Source: a virus
Taxonomy: Duplodnaviria; Caudoviricetes
Direction: 5' to 3' (one strand)
Virus record (IMG/VR): IMGVR_UViG_2848092901_000003
Location: 1-64,000 of that record
Length of the DNA: 64,000 nucleotides
This document shows, piece after piece, positions 28,070 to 38,312 of this stretch. Each line of letters begins with the position of its first letter. Position 1 is the first letter of the stretch. A model generated the notes under the pieces. The model did no database searches and was not told the DNA's origin. It saw nothing but the letters and a program-made list of their open reading frames with translations. The position numbers were made by a program, and so were the translations under genes.

Positions 28070-29671
28070 ATGCGAAAACTGAAGAAATACAAGCCTACCA
28101 AGTTCATGGCGAAGACCTCGCACTATGATAAGGACGCCGCCGACTATGCGGTCATGTTCATCGAGTCCCTCTGCCACACCAAGGGCACCTGGGCGGGAAA
28201 ACCCTTTGAACTGATTGACTGGCAGGAACAGATCATCCGCGACCTGTTCGGCGTGTTAAAGCCCAATGGCTACCGTCAGTTTAATACAGCATATATCGAG
28301 ATCCCCAAGAAACAGGGCAAATCGGAGCTTGCCGCCGCCGTGGCGCTCCTGCTTCTCTGTGGGGACGGCGAGGAACGGGCTGAGGTGTATGGCTGCGCCG
28401 CTGACCGCAACCAGGCAAAGATCGTGTTTGATGTGGCGGTGGATATGGTGCGGTTCTGTCCGGCGCTTTCCAAGCGGGTAAAGATCCTGGAATCCCAGAA
28501 GAAGATCACCTACCTTCCCACTAACAGCTCCTACCAGGTGCTTTCGGCGGATGTGGCGAACAAGCATGGCTTTAATACCCACGGCGTAATCTTCGATGAG
28601 CTGCATACCCAGCCTAACCGGAAACTCTTTGACGTCATGCTCCAGGGCTCCGGGGACGCCCGGATGCAGCCGCTTTACTTTCTGATCACCACGGCCGGCA
28701 ACGATACCAACTCCATCTGCTATGAGGTACACCAGAAAGCCATTGACATCGCAGAGGGACGGAAGGTTGATCCTACCTTTTATTCGGTCATTTACGGTGC
28801 TGCCGAGAATGAGGACTGGACAGACCCCAAGGTCTGGAAGAAGGCAAATCCTTCCCTGGGCATCACGGTGGGGATCGACAAGGTCAGGGCAGCCTGTGAA
28901 TCCGCCCGGCAGAATCCTGGCGAGGAGAACGCTTTCCGGCAGCTAAGGCTCAATCAGTGGGTGAAACAGTCTGTCCGTTGGATGCCGATGGACAAGTGGG
29001 ACGCCTGCGCGTTCCCGGTTTCCGAGGACGATTTGGAAGGCCGCATCTGCTACGGCGGGCTGGACTTGTCCTCCACCACGGACATCACGGCCTTTGTGCT
29101 GGTGTTCCCGCCGCTGGATGAGGAGGACAAATACTACATCCTGCCCTACTTCTGGATACCGGAGGAAACGCTTGACCTCCGTGTCCGACGCGACCATGTC
29201 CCCTATGATCTATGGGAGCGCCAGGGGACGCTGATGACTACAGAAGGCAACGTGGTACATTACGGCTACATTGAGAAATTCATCGAGCAGTTGGGCGAAC
29301 GGTTCAACATCCGGGAGATTGCCTTTGACCGCTGGGGCGCTGTGCAGATGGTGCAGAATCTGGAAGGCATGGGCTTTACGGTGGTTCCCTTCGGACAGGG
29401 CTTTAAGGATATGTCCCCGCCGACCAAGGAGCTGATGAAGCTGGTGCTGGAGGAACGCATCGCTCACGGCGGCCACCCAGTGCTGCGCTGGATGATGGAC
29501 AACATCTATATCCGCACGGATCCGGCGGGCAATATCAAGGCGGACAAAGAGAAATCCACAGAGAAAATCGACGGCGCAATCGCCACTATCATGGGGCTTG
29601 ACCGGGCGATCCGCTGCGGCAACGATACAGGCGCTTCGGTTTATGACAGCCGGGGGCTTTTGTTTATCTGA
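28070..29671 (+). CDS. terL: Terminase large subunit
   Basis: EIPKKQGKSEL, IFDELH, ITTAG, GLDLSSTTD, IAFDRW, KIDG. Confidence 0.95.
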   Translation: MRKLKKYKPTKFMAKTSHYDKDAADYAVMFIESLCHTKGTWAGKPFELIDWQEQIIRDLFGVLKPNGYRQFNTAYIEIPKKQGKSELAAAVALLLLCGDGEERAEVYGCAADRNQAKIVFDVAVDMVRFCPALSKRVKILESQKKITYLPTNSSYQVLSADVANKHGFNTHGVIFDELHTQPNRKLFDVMLQGSGDARMQPLYFLITTAGNDTNSICYEVHQKAIDIAEGRKVDPTFYSVIYGAAENEDWTDPKVWKKANPSLGITVGIDKVRAACESARQNPGEENAFRQLRLNQWVKQSVRWMPMDKWDACAFPVSEDDLEGRICYGGLDLSSTTDITAFVLVFPPLDEEDKYYILPYFWIPEETLDLRVRRDHVPYDLWERQGTLMTTEGNVVHYGYIEKFIEQLGERFNIREIAFDRWGAVQMVQNLEGMGFTVVPFGQGFKDMSPPTKELMKLVLEERIAHGGHPVLRWMMDNIYIRTDPAGNIKADKEKSTEKIDGAIATIMGLDRAIRCGNDTGASVYDSRGLLFI

Positions 29672-29688
29672 AAGGACGGTGATTCGAT

Positions 29689-31047
29689 ATGGGTATCTTT
29701 TCCGGGCTGTTCCGTTCCAGGGACAAGCCCCAGGACCGCACCGCCGGCAGCGGCTATGCGTTCTATTTCGGCGGCACCACCTCCGGCAAAGCGGTGACGG
29801 AACGCTCCGCCATGCAGATGACAGCGGTGTATTCCTGCGTCCGTATCCTGGCCGAAGCGGTGGCAGGTCTGCCGCTGCACCTCTACCGCTACAAGGAGGA
29901 CGGCGGCAAGGAAAAAGCCATTGACCATCCGCTGTATCTGCTCCTGCATGACGAGCCGAACCCGGAGATGAGTTCCTTTGTGTTCCGGGAAACGCTCATG
30001 ACGCACCTGCTTCTGTGGGGCAACGCCTATGCTCAGATCATCCGCAATGGAAAGGGAGAAGTGATCGCCCTCTATCCACTGATGCCAGATCGGATGACTG
30101 TGAATCGTGACAGCAAAGGACAGCTATATTACGAATACACCGTCAGCATGGATGATGCTCCTACGATTAAGGGAAGCCTTGTCCGGCTGAACCCCTCCGA
30201 TGTTCTGCATATTCCAGGGCTTGGCTTTGACGGGCTGGTGGGCTATTCCCCTATCGCAATGGCCAAGAACGCCATCGGCATGGCGATTGCCTGTGAGGAA
30301 TACGGGGCGAAGTTCTTTGCCAACGGCGCCGCTCCCGGCGGTGTGCTGGAGCACCCCGGCACAATCAAAGACCCTCAGCGGGTACGGGAGAGCTGGCAGT
30401 CCACCTTCGGCGGCAGCGGCAACAGCAATAAGATCGCCGTGCTGGAAGAGGGCATGAAATACACGCCCATCGGCATCTCACCGGAGCAGGCGCAGTTTTT
30501 GGAAACGAGAAAGTTCCAGATCAATGAGATCGCCCGCATTTTCCGGGTGCCGCCCCACATGGTGGGCGACCTGGAAAAGTCGAGCTTTTCCAATATTGAG
30601 CAGCAGTCTTTGGAGTTTGTGAAATACACGCTGGAGCCCTGGCTGGTGCGCTGGGAGCAGTCCATCCAACGGACGCTCTTTTCTCCGGAGGAAAAGAAGC
30701 GGTACTTTGCCAAGTTCAATGTGGAAGGGCTGCTCCGGGGTGACTATGCCAGCAGGATGTCCGGCTACGCCACGGCGAGGCAGAACGGATGGATGAGCGC
30801 CAATGACATCCGGGAACTGGAAAACCTTGATCGTATTCCTACGGAAGATGGCGGCGATCTGTACCTTATTAACGGCAATATGCTCCCGCTGGGAAATGCG
30901 GGTGCTTTTGCAGATACACAAACGGGAAAGGAGGAAAACCCCGATGAAGAAGTTCTGGAAGTGGAAGAACCAGGCAGCAACGGAGACAGCTCCGGCGGAA
31001 CGGACGCTGTTCCTGAACGGCACCATCGCCGAGGAAAGCTGGTTTGA
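29689..31047 (+). CDS. HK97-family portal protein
   Basis: VYSCVRILAEAVAGLP, WGNAY, IARIFRVPPHMVG. Confidence 0.95.
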   Translation: MGIFSGLFRSRDKPQDRTAGSGYAFYFGGTTSGKAVTERSAMQMTAVYSCVRILAEAVAGLPLHLYRYKEDGGKEKAIDHPLYLLLHDEPNPEMSSFVFRETLMTHLLLWGNAYAQIIRNGKGEVIALYPLMPDRMTVNRDSKGQLYYEYTVSMDDAPTIKGSLVRLNPSDVLHIPGLGFDGLVGYSPIAMAKNAIGMAIACEEYGAKFFANGAAPGGVLEHPGTIKDPQRVRESWQSTFGGSGNSNKIAVLEEGMKYTPIGISPEQAQFLETRKFQINEIARIFRVPPHMVGDLEKSSFSNIEQQSLEFVKYTLEPWLVRWEQSIQRTLFSPEEKKRYFAKFNVEGLLRGDYASRMSGYATARQNGWMSANDIRELENLDRIPTEDGGDLYLINGNMLPLGNAGAFADTQTGKEENPDEEVLEVEEPGSNGDSSGGTDAVPERHHRRGKLV

Positions 31048-31684
31048 CGATGACGTCACGCCGCAGCTTTTTAAGGAGGAACTGATGTCCGGGGACGGCG
31101 ATATCACCGTCTGGATCAACTCCCCAGGCGGGGACTGTGTGGCGGCGGCGCAGATCTACAATATGCTCATGGATTACCCCCATGATGTGACCATAAAGAT
31201 CGATGGCATCGCAGCCAGCGCCGCCTCGGTCATTGCCATGGCCGGCACGAAGGTGCTGGTATCTCCGGTGTCCATGATGATGATCCACAACCCTATGACC
31301 GTTGCCATGGGCGATACCGCAGAGATGCAGAAAGCCATCGAGATGCTTGGCAGCGTCAAGGATTCCATCATCAACGCCTACGAAATCAAGACCGGTTTGT
31401 CCCGCGCTAAACTCTCCCATCTGATGGATGCCGAGACCTGGATGGACGCGAACAAGGCGGTGGAACTTGGCTTTGCCGATGACGTCCTGCACCGGGCGGA
31501 GATCCCGGAGGATGTGGAGCCGTCTGCGGTGTCCATGCTCTATTCTAAAGCCGCTGTGGTGAATTCCCTTATGGATAAGATCGCAGCCAAATGCAGGACC
31601 AACCCTAAGAAAACTGAAAAACCCAACCCCCAGGGCCGCTCTGTAGACAGTCTCTACGAGCGGCTCAATCTTTTGAAGCATTAA
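30944..31684 (+). CDS. ClpP-like prohead protease
   Basis: WINSPGGD, AASAASVI, MMIHNP, ETWMDA; AAAGGAGG RBS inside the portal gene. Confidence 0.92.
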   Translation: MKKFWKWKNQAATETAPAERTLFLNGTIAEESWFDDDVTPQLFKEELMSGDGDITVWINSPGGDCVAAAQIYNMLMDYPHDVTIKIDGIAASAASVIAMAGTKVLVSPVSMMMIHNPMTVAMGDTAEMQKAIEMLGSVKDSIINAYEIKTGLSRAKLSHLMDAETWMDANKAVELGFADDVLHRAEIPEDVEPSAVSMLYSKAAVVNSLMDKIAAKCRTNPKKTEKPNPQGRSVDSLYERLNLLKH

Positions 31685-31697
31685 GGAGGATACGACT

Positions 31698-32900
31698 ATG
31701 ACGATTTTGGAACTGCGCGAGAAGCGCGCGAAAGCCTGGGAAGCCGCCAAAGCCTTTCTGGATTCCCACAGAAATGATAAGGGCGTCCTGTCTGCCGAGG
31801 ACGACGCCGCCTACACCCGCATGGAGCAGGAAATTACCGACCTTGGCAAGGAGATCGCCCGCCTGGAACGCCAGGAGGCGCTGGACGCGGAACTGAACCG
31901 CCCGGTGAACAAGCCCCTGACGGGTAAGCCTATGAACGGCAAGGAGGAGAATAAGACCGGCCGCGCCACGGATGAGTACCGGCAGAATTTCTGGAACATG
32001 ATGCGCTCCAAAGCGCCCATGCCCTCTGTGGTAAACGCCCTGCAGATCGGTACGGACTCCGAGGGCGGATACCTGGTGCCGGATGAGTACGAGCGCACCC
32101 TGGTGGAGGCGCTGGAGGAAGAGAATGTGTTCCGCCAGCTCGCCAAAGTGATCCAGACCTCCAGCGGCGACCGCAAGATTCCGGTGGTGGCAACGAAGGG
32201 CACCGCATCCTGGATTGACGAGGAAGGCGCCTACACCGAGAGCGACGATTCCTTCGGCCAGGTATCCATCGGGGCCTACAAGCTGGGGACAATGATCAAG
32301 GTTTCCGAGGAACTCTTGAACGACAGCGTCTTTGACCTGGAAAGCTACATCTCCCGCGAGTTTGCCCGACGCATCGGCGCCAAGGAGGAAGAAGCCTTCT
32401 TTACCGGGGACGGCTCTGGCAAGCCCCTGGGCATCCTGGCTTCGAGCGGCGGCGCGGAAACCGGCATCACCGCCGCGTCCGCTACCGCCATTACGGCGGA
32501 TGAGCTGATCGACCTGTTCTACTCCCTGAAATCGCCCTACCGCCGCAACGCCGTGTGGGTGCTGAATGACTCCACCATTAAGGCCATCCGCAAGCTGAAG
32601 GACAGCAATGGCCAGTACCTGTGGCAGCCTTCCCTGACCGCAGGCACGCCGGATACCATTCTGGGCCGTCCTGTGCGCACTTCCGCTTATATGCCCGCCA
32701 TCGCCGCCAGCGCCAAGACCATCGCTTTCGGCGATTTCAGCTACTACTGGATCGCTGACCGCCAGGGGCGTTCCTTCAAGCGCCTGAACGAGCTGTACGC
32801 GGCAAACGGTCAGGTGGGCTTCCTCGCTTCCCAGCGCGTGGACGGCAAGCTGATCCTGTCCGAGGCCATCAAGGTGCTGGCACAGAAAGCATCGACATAA
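31698..32900 (+). CDS. HK97-type major capsid protein
   Basis: Coiled-coil delta domain, GGYLVPDE, GDGSGKPLGI, GDFSYY. Confidence 0.95.
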   Translation: MTILELREKRAKAWEAAKAFLDSHRNDKGVLSAEDDAAYTRMEQEITDLGKEIARLERQEALDAELNRPVNKPLTGKPMNGKEENKTGRATDEYRQNFWNMMRSKAPMPSVVNALQIGTDSEGGYLVPDEYERTLVEALEEENVFRQLAKVIQTSSGDRKIPVVATKGTASWIDEEGAYTESDDSFGQVSIGAYKLGTMIKVSEELLNDSVFDLESYISREFARRIGAKEEEAFFTGDGSGKPLGILASSGGAETGITAASATAITADELIDLFYSLKSPYRRNAVWVLNDSTIKAIRKLKDSNGQYLWQPSLTAGTPDTILGRPVRTSAYMPAIAASAKTIAFGDFSYYWIADRQGRSFKRLNELYAANGQVGFLASQRVDGKLILSEAIKVLAQKAST

Positions 32901-32916
32901 CGGAAAGGGGGCGGCG

Positions 32917-33231
32917 GTGATGGACACTCTGCTGGAAAAAGTCAAGGCAAACCTGATTCTGGAGCATTCGGCGGATGATGCGCTTTTGCAGGGCTACATC
33001 ACCGCCGCTGTTTCCTATGCGGAAAGCTACCAGCACGTCCCGGAAGGGACTTATGCTGAAAATTCCATGCCTGCTACCACCGAACAGGCGGTGATCATGC
33101 TGGCATCCCACTTCTACGAGTCCAGGGACGGCAGCACGGGCGGCTTCTTTGCGGACAACACCAACGCGGCACAGCAGGTATGGAACACGGTCAACCTTCT
33201 CCTTCGGCTCGACCGAGATTGGAAGGTGTGA
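32917..33231 (+). CDS. Head-tail connector (gp6-like)
   Basis: VKANLILEH..DDALL, AVIMLASHFYESR. Confidence 0.88.
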   Translation: MMDTLLEKVKANLILEHSADDALLQGYITAAVSYAESYQHVPEGTYAENSMPATTEQAVIMLASHFYESRDGSTGGFFADNTNAAQQVWNTVNLLLRLDRDWKV

Positions 33232-33233
33232 GT

Positions 33234-33566
33234 ATGAGCTTTGGCAAGATGAACACCTTCCTCTCCATTGTGGAAAAGCAGTTCACGCAGGACGAGGACG
33301 GCTTTAAGACGGAAATGGATGTAACTGTGGCAAAGGTGCGCGCTTACCGGGAAGGCCGGCACGGCAGTGAGAAGTGGGCCAACATGGCGTCTTTCTCCAC
33401 TGCCACCGACTTGTTCCGGTTCCGGGTAATCCCCGGCGTAGCAGTCACAACGGATATGCGCATCCTCTGCGATGGGCATACCTTTGAGATCACTTCGGTG
33501 GAAGACGTCAAAGGCCGGGGGATGTATCTGGAGATTATGGCGCAGGAGGTGAAACCCGGTGGCTAA
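33234..33566 (+). CDS. Head closure / head-tail adaptor
   Basis: Position; FEITSVEDVKGRGMYLEI. Confidence 0.82.
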   Translation: MSFGKMNTFLSIVEKQFTQDEDGFKTEMDVTVAKVRAYREGRHGSEKWANMASFSTATDLFRFRVIPGVAVTTDMRILCDGHTFEITSVEDVKGRGMYLEIMAQEVKPGG

Positions 33567-33990
33567 AGCGACATGGAAAATGCCGGACGACTTTCTGATG
33601 AAGGTGTCCAGGCTGGCGGACAAGACGGATGAGATTCTCCCGAAGGTGCTGGAGGCAGGCGCGGAGGTTGTGGAGGACAAGGTGCGCTCCAATTTGCAGG
33701 CGGTCATCGGCAGCGGGACGAAGTATGAGTCCAGAAGCACCGGGGAACTTCTGCGCTCCCTTGGCACTTCACCTGCCCTGCAGGATAAAAACGGGGACTT
33801 CAATGTGAAGGTGGGCTTTTCCGAGCCTCGTTCCGATGGCGACAGCAACGCCAAAATCGCCACCATCCTGGAATACGGCAAAAGCGGCCAGCCCGCAAAG
33901 CCTTTCTTAAAACCAGCCCGTTCCTCTTCCAGGAACGCCTGTATCAACGCTATGAAAGCAAAGCTGGACGAGGAGGTGGAGAAAATTTGA
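33559..33990 (+). CDS. HK97 gp10-family tail component
   Basis: STGELLRSL, LEYGKSGQPAKPFLKPA. Confidence 0.85.
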   Translation: MAKATWKMPDDFLMKVSRLADKTDEILPKVLEAGAEVVEDKVRSNLQAVIGSGTKYESRSTGELLRSLGTSPALQDKNGDFNVKVGFSEPRSDGDSNAKIATILEYGKSGQPAKPFLKPARSSSRNACINAMKAKLDEEVEKI

Positions 33991-34322
33991 GCCTTTTATC
34001 GGAAATCAAGGCTGCGGTTACCGGCTGCGGCCTGCCTGTAGAGACGGGCGTATTCTCCGATGAGCCGCCGGTGGAATATGTGGTGGTCACGCCTTTGGCG
34101 GACACCTATGAACTCCATGCGGATAACCTCCCAGAGTATGAAACCCAGGAGGCGCGGCTCTCCCTGTTTACCAAAGGCAACTATCTGAAGCGAAAGGAGC
34201 AGCTTTCAAAGGCGCTCCTCGCCGCTGATTTTACCATTACGGACAGACGGTATATTGACCATGAGGACGATACCGGCTTCCATCATTACGCCATTGACGT
34301 GGCGAAATTATACAAACTTTAA
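33987..34322 (+). CDS. Probable tail terminator/completion protein
   Basis: Position before the major tail gene; HEDDTGFHHYAIDV. Confidence 0.7.
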   Translation: MSLLSEIKAAVTGCGLPVETGVFSDEPPVEYVVVTPLADTYELHADNLPEYETQEARLSLFTKGNYLKRKEQLSKALLAADFTITDRRYIDHEDDTGFHHYAIDVAKLYKL

Positions 34323-34424
34323 ATTATGAACGGCGGAACGGCGCGGGCGGAAAGGTTGCGTTACCAAAAATACTGGTGCGCGAATTGCCCCCGGCGGTTC
34401 GCCGGTGAAATGGAGGAATGAACT

Positions 34425-35036
34425 ATGGCTACGATTGGCCTTGACAAGCTGTATTACGCCAAGATTACCGAAGATACTTCGGGCAATGAAACTTACGAAG
34501 ATCCGCTGCCTTTGGCAAAGGCCATGACCGCCGAGCTTTCCGTGGAACTGGCGGAAGCTACGCTGTATGCGGACGATGGCGCGGCGGAGGTGGTGAAGGA
34601 GTTCCAGAGCGGGACGCTGACGCTGGGTGTGGACGACATCGGCAAATCTGTCGCAGAGGACCTAACAGGGGCGGTAATCGATGAAAACGGCGTCCTGATC
34701 TCTGCGTCGGAGGACGGAGGCGCTCCGGTCGCTATTGGCTTCCGTGCCAAGAAAGCCAACGGCAAGTACCGCTATTTCTGGCTGTACCGGGTGATTTTCG
34801 GCATCCCTGCCACCAACCTGACCACTAAGGGCGAGAGCATCGAGTTTTCCACCCCGTCCATCGAGGGAACCGTGACCCGACGCAACAAGGTGGACGGTCA
34901 GGGCAAGCACCCCTGGAAAGCGGAGGTGTCCGAGGATGACTCCGGTGTGTCTTCCACGGTTATCACGGGCTGGTACGATGAGGTCTATGAGCCGTCCTAT
35001 GCGGATCAGACAGCGGGCGCGGGCGGCGAAGGATAA
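34425..35036 (+). CDS. Major tail protein (phi13 family)
   Basis: MATIGLDKLYYAKI, LYADDG, YRYFWLYRVIF. Confidence 0.9.
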   Translation: MATIGLDKLYYAKITEDTSGNETYEDPLPLAKAMTAELSVELAEATLYADDGAAEVVKEFQSGTLTLGVDDIGKSVAEDLTGAVIDENGVLISASEDGGAPVAIGFRAKKANGKYRYFWLYRVIFGIPATNLTTKGESIEFSTPSIEGTVTRRNKVDGQGKHPWKAEVSEDDSGVSSTVITGWYDEVYEPSYADQTAGAGGEG

Positions 35037-35049
35037 GGAGGTTTGAGGT

Positions 35050-35430
35050 ATGGATGAAAGAACAGCTACTGTCAATATCGGCGGGCAGGAATACGAAATG
35101 CTCCTGACCACCAGGGCGACCAAGGCCATCGCAGGACGCTACGGCGGATTGGAGAACCTGGGCGAGAAGCTGATGAAGGCGGAGAACTTTGAGATGGCGC
35201 TGGACGAGATCGTGTGGCTGATTACCCTTCTGTGCAATCAGCCCATCCTCGTTCACAACCTAAAACACCCGGAGGACAAAAAGCCGGAGCTGACCGCCGA
35301 GGAGGTGGAACTTCTCACCTCCCCAATGGAACTGACGGACTATAAGGACGCCATTATGGAGGCTATGTACCGGGGGACGAAACGCAATATTGAAAGTGAG
35401 CCGGAGGGAAAAAACACAGCGGCCGGGTAA
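35050..35430 (+). CDS. Tail assembly chaperone (gpG-like)
   Basis: Between major tail and tape measure genes; slippery site near the 3' end. Confidence 0.85.
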   Translation: MDERTATVNIGGQEYEMLLTTRATKAIAGRYGGLENLGEKLMKAENFEMALDEIVWLITLLCNQPILVHNLKHPEDKKPELTAEEVELLTSPMELTDYKDAIMEAMYRGTKRNIESEPEGKNTAAG

Positions 35431-35618
35431 GCGATGAGGAATTGTTTACCCGGCTTTTGTATTACGGCATGGCGCACCTCTCCCTGCGCATGGACGAGGT
35501 GTGGCTCATGCCGTTTGGTCTGCTGATGGATTTGTGGGAATGTCACAGGCAGTTTTTAGGGCTTGCAAAGCCAAAGCAGGAACTGACCATTGACGATGTG
35601 ATCCCATACGGAATTTAA
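35406..35618 (+). CDS. -1 frameshift extension of the tail chaperone (gpGT-like)
   Basis: G GGA AAA / A AAA AAC at 35406-35415; -1 frame open to TAA at 35618. Confidence 0.8.
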   Translation, partial: GKKHSGRVSDEELFTRLLYYGMAHLSLRMDEVWLMPFGLLMDLWECHRQFLGLAKPKQELTIDDVIPYGI

Positions 35619-35636
35619 GGAGAGGGGGTGCGGCTT

Positions 35637-38297
35637 GTGGCGGATAATTTTGGCCTGAAAATCGGCATTGAGGGCGAGAAGGAATTTAAAAAGGCTCTTT
35701 CAGAGATCAACCAGTCCTTCAAGGTGCTGGGTTCCGAGATGAAGCTGGTTTCCTCTCAGTTTGACGCCAACGATAAATCCATCCAGGCGCTTTCCGCAAG
35801 GAATACCGTTCTGAACAAAGAAATCGACGCCCAGCGCCAGAAAATTGAAACGCTGCGGGCTGCCCTCCAGAACGCTTCCGAGTCCTTTGGGGAAAATGAC
35901 CGCCGGACGCAGAACTGGCAGATCCAGCTTAACAATGCGGAAGCCGCCTTAAACGGCATGGAGCGGGAGCTTTCCGCCAACGAGCGGGCGATGGAATCCC
36001 TTTCCCAGCAGGAAACGGAGGCGGCGGACGCTACAGAGCGGCTCTCCCAGGAGATTTCCCGGCAGGAGGATGAACTTGCCGGGATGAAACGCGCCTATTC
36101 CAACGCCGTGCTGGAGTATGGAAAAGGTTCCAGCGAGGCAAAGGAGCTGGAAGGGCGTATTTCCCAGCTTTCCGGGGAACTGAGGGAAAACCGGGAGCGG
36201 ATGAAGGATGCCGGGGATGTGGCGGAGGATTTCGGCGATTCCCTGGAGGACGCATCCAACAGGGCGGATAAATTGGGCTCCGGCCTTTCGGTCGCTACGG
36301 TGGCGATGGGCAACCTCATCTCTTCCGGCATCCAGGCGGCATTGAGCGGAATCCAGGAGCTTGGCAGCGCCATCTGGAACCTGGACGAAGCCACCGAGGA
36401 ATACCGGGTGGCCCAGGGCAAGCTCACCACCGCCTTTGAAGCGGCGGGATACAGCGGGGACGCAGCGCAGAAATCCTATACAGAATTTTATAAAATCCTG
36501 GGCGATACGGATACCGCCACCGAAGCCTCCCAGCTTTTGGCGCAGCTTGCCCAAAACGAGCAGGACATTACCAAGTGGACGAATATCGCGGCCGGCGTCT
36601 ACGGCACCTTCGGCGATGCACTCCCCATCGAGGGCATGATCGAGTCCGCCAATGAGACCGCCAAGGTCGGGCAGGTCACCGGTTCCCTGGCGGACGCCTT
36701 AAACTGGGTGGGTATCAGCGAGGATGCCTTCAATGAAAAGCTGGCGGCCTGTTCCAGTGAAAGTGAACGGAACCGTCTCATCATGGATACCCTCTCCGGG
36801 GCCTATGACGAGGCGAGCAGCGCCTTTTACCGCAACAACGAGGCGCTGGTGGCATCACGGGAAGGCCAGGCGCAGCTTGACGAAACCCTGGCAGGGCTTG
36901 GGGAGACCATTTCCAATGTGAAAAATAACCTCCGGGCAGAGTTCCTCCCGGCAATCTCAGAAGTCATCTCCGCGTTTACCGACATGGTAAACGGCGTGGA
37001 CGGGGCGGATGAAGCCTTTGCCGGAGCTATTACCGGGCTGGTAAACACGGCGGTTTCCATGCTGCCGCAGTTTGTGGATACCGGGATGCAGATGCTGACC
37101 TCGCTGCTCTCCGGCATCATCCAGAGCCTTCCGGCTGTAATGGAAGGCGCGGCGCAGATCATCGTCACGCTGGCCCAGGGCATTGCGGCGGCGGTTCCCA
37201 CCCTGATCCCGCAGATTGTCCTGGTGGTTACCCAGATCGTGCAGACCTTAATCGAAAACCTGCCGATGATTCTGGACGCGGCACTGCAGCTTATCACGGG
37301 GCTGGCCCAGGGGCTATTAAATGCCATCCCGGTCCTGATTGCGGCCCTGCCCGCTATTATTACGGCGATTGTGGAGTTTATCGTAGGGGCGATCCCCCAG
37401 ATCATCAATGCCGGGATACAGCTGTTGACCTCGCTGGTCTCCGCGCTGCCGGAGATCATTACGGCCATTGTGGCGTCGATTCCACAGATTATTGACGGGC
37501 TGGTAACGGCGATCCTCGGCAGTATCCCCCAGATCATTGACGCGGGCGTGAACCTGCTGATCTCCCTGATCCAGAGCCTGCCTACCATTATTACCACCAT
37601 TGTGGGGGCGATCCCGCAGATTATTTCCTCGTTGGTGAACGCCATCCTGAACAGCATCCCCCAGATCATACAGGCAGGCGTTCAGCTATTCGTGTCGCTG
37701 ATCCAAAACCTGCCCACCATCATCATGGAGATTGTAAAGGCAGTGCCGCAGATCATCGCGGGAATTGTGAACGCCTTCACCTCGTCTATGGGGCAGATTG
37801 TCAATATCGGTAAGAACATCGTGCAGGGGCTGTGGCAGGGTATCCAGAGCCTTGCCGGATGGATCTGGGACAAGGTTTCCGGCTGGATTTCCGGCATCTG
37901 GGACGGGATCTGCGGTTTCTTTGGCATCAACTCTCCATCCAGGGAAATGGCCTGGGTAGGCGAAATGCTGGGCAGGGGTCTTGCCGGCGGCATCGAGGAC
38001 AGCGCCGGCGAAGCGGTCAGCGCCGCAGAGGATTTGAACAACGGCATTCTGGGCGTGATGAACGGGCTGGCGGCGGATATGCAGTCCGCTGTTCCCTCGA
38101 ACTTTGCCTTTGACGCCGGCGGGACGATCCGCTCCGCGTCCGGCGGCATGAACAGTGGGGGCGCATCCTTTGGAACCCTCATTACCATCCAGCAGATGAT
38201 TGTCCGCAGCGAGGATGACATCCGCAGGATTTCCCAGGAACTCTACAATCTCATGCAGGTCGGCTCCCGCGCACAGGGACGCATCATTACAGCCTAA
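35637..38297 (+). CDS. Tape measure protein
   Basis: Long helical protein with periodic PQII/LP repeats; GLKIGIEGEKEFK N-terminus. Confidence 0.93.
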   Translation: MADNFGLKIGIEGEKEFKKALSEINQSFKVLGSEMKLVSSQFDANDKSIQALSARNTVLNKEIDAQRQKIETLRAALQNASESFGENDRRTQNWQIQLNNAEAALNGMERELSANERAMESLSQQETEAADATERLSQEISRQEDELAGMKRAYSNAVLEYGKGSSEAKELEGRISQLSGELRENRERMKDAGDVAEDFGDSLEDASNRADKLGSGLSVATVAMGNLISSGIQAALSGIQELGSAIWNLDEATEEYRVAQGKLTTAFEAAGYSGDAAQKSYTEFYKILGDTDTATEASQLLAQLAQNEQDITKWTNIAAGVYGTFGDALPIEGMIESANETAKVGQVTGSLADALNWVGISEDAFNEKLAACSSESERNRLIMDTLSGAYDEASSAFYRNNEALVASREGQAQLDETLAGLGETISNVKNNLRAEFLPAISEVISAFTDMVNGVDGADEAFAGAITGLVNTAVSMLPQFVDTGMQMLTSLLSGIIQSLPAVMEGAAQIIVTLAQGIAAAVPTLIPQIVLVVTQIVQTLIENLPMILDAALQLITGLAQGLLNAIPVLIAALPAIITAIVEFIVGAIPQIINAGIQLLTSLVSALPEIITAIVASIPQIIDGLVTAILGSIPQIIDAGVNLLISLIQSLPTIITTIVGAIPQIISSLVNAILNSIPQIIQAGVQLFVSLIQNLPTIIMEIVKAVPQIIAGIVNAFTSSMGQIVNIGKNIVQGLWQGIQSLAGWIWDKVSGWISGIWDGICGFFGINSPSREMAWVGEMLGRGLAGGIEDSAGEAVSAAEDLNNGILGVMNGLAADMQSAVPSNFAFDAGGTIRSASGGMNSGGASFGTLITIQQMIVRSEDDIRRISQELYNLMQVGSRAQGRIITA

Positions 38298-38312
38298 GAG
38301 GAGGTGGAACTT

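Noticed and set aside
37000-37800. Periodic repeats in the tape measure gene
   Set aside because: Ordinary tape measure periodicity.
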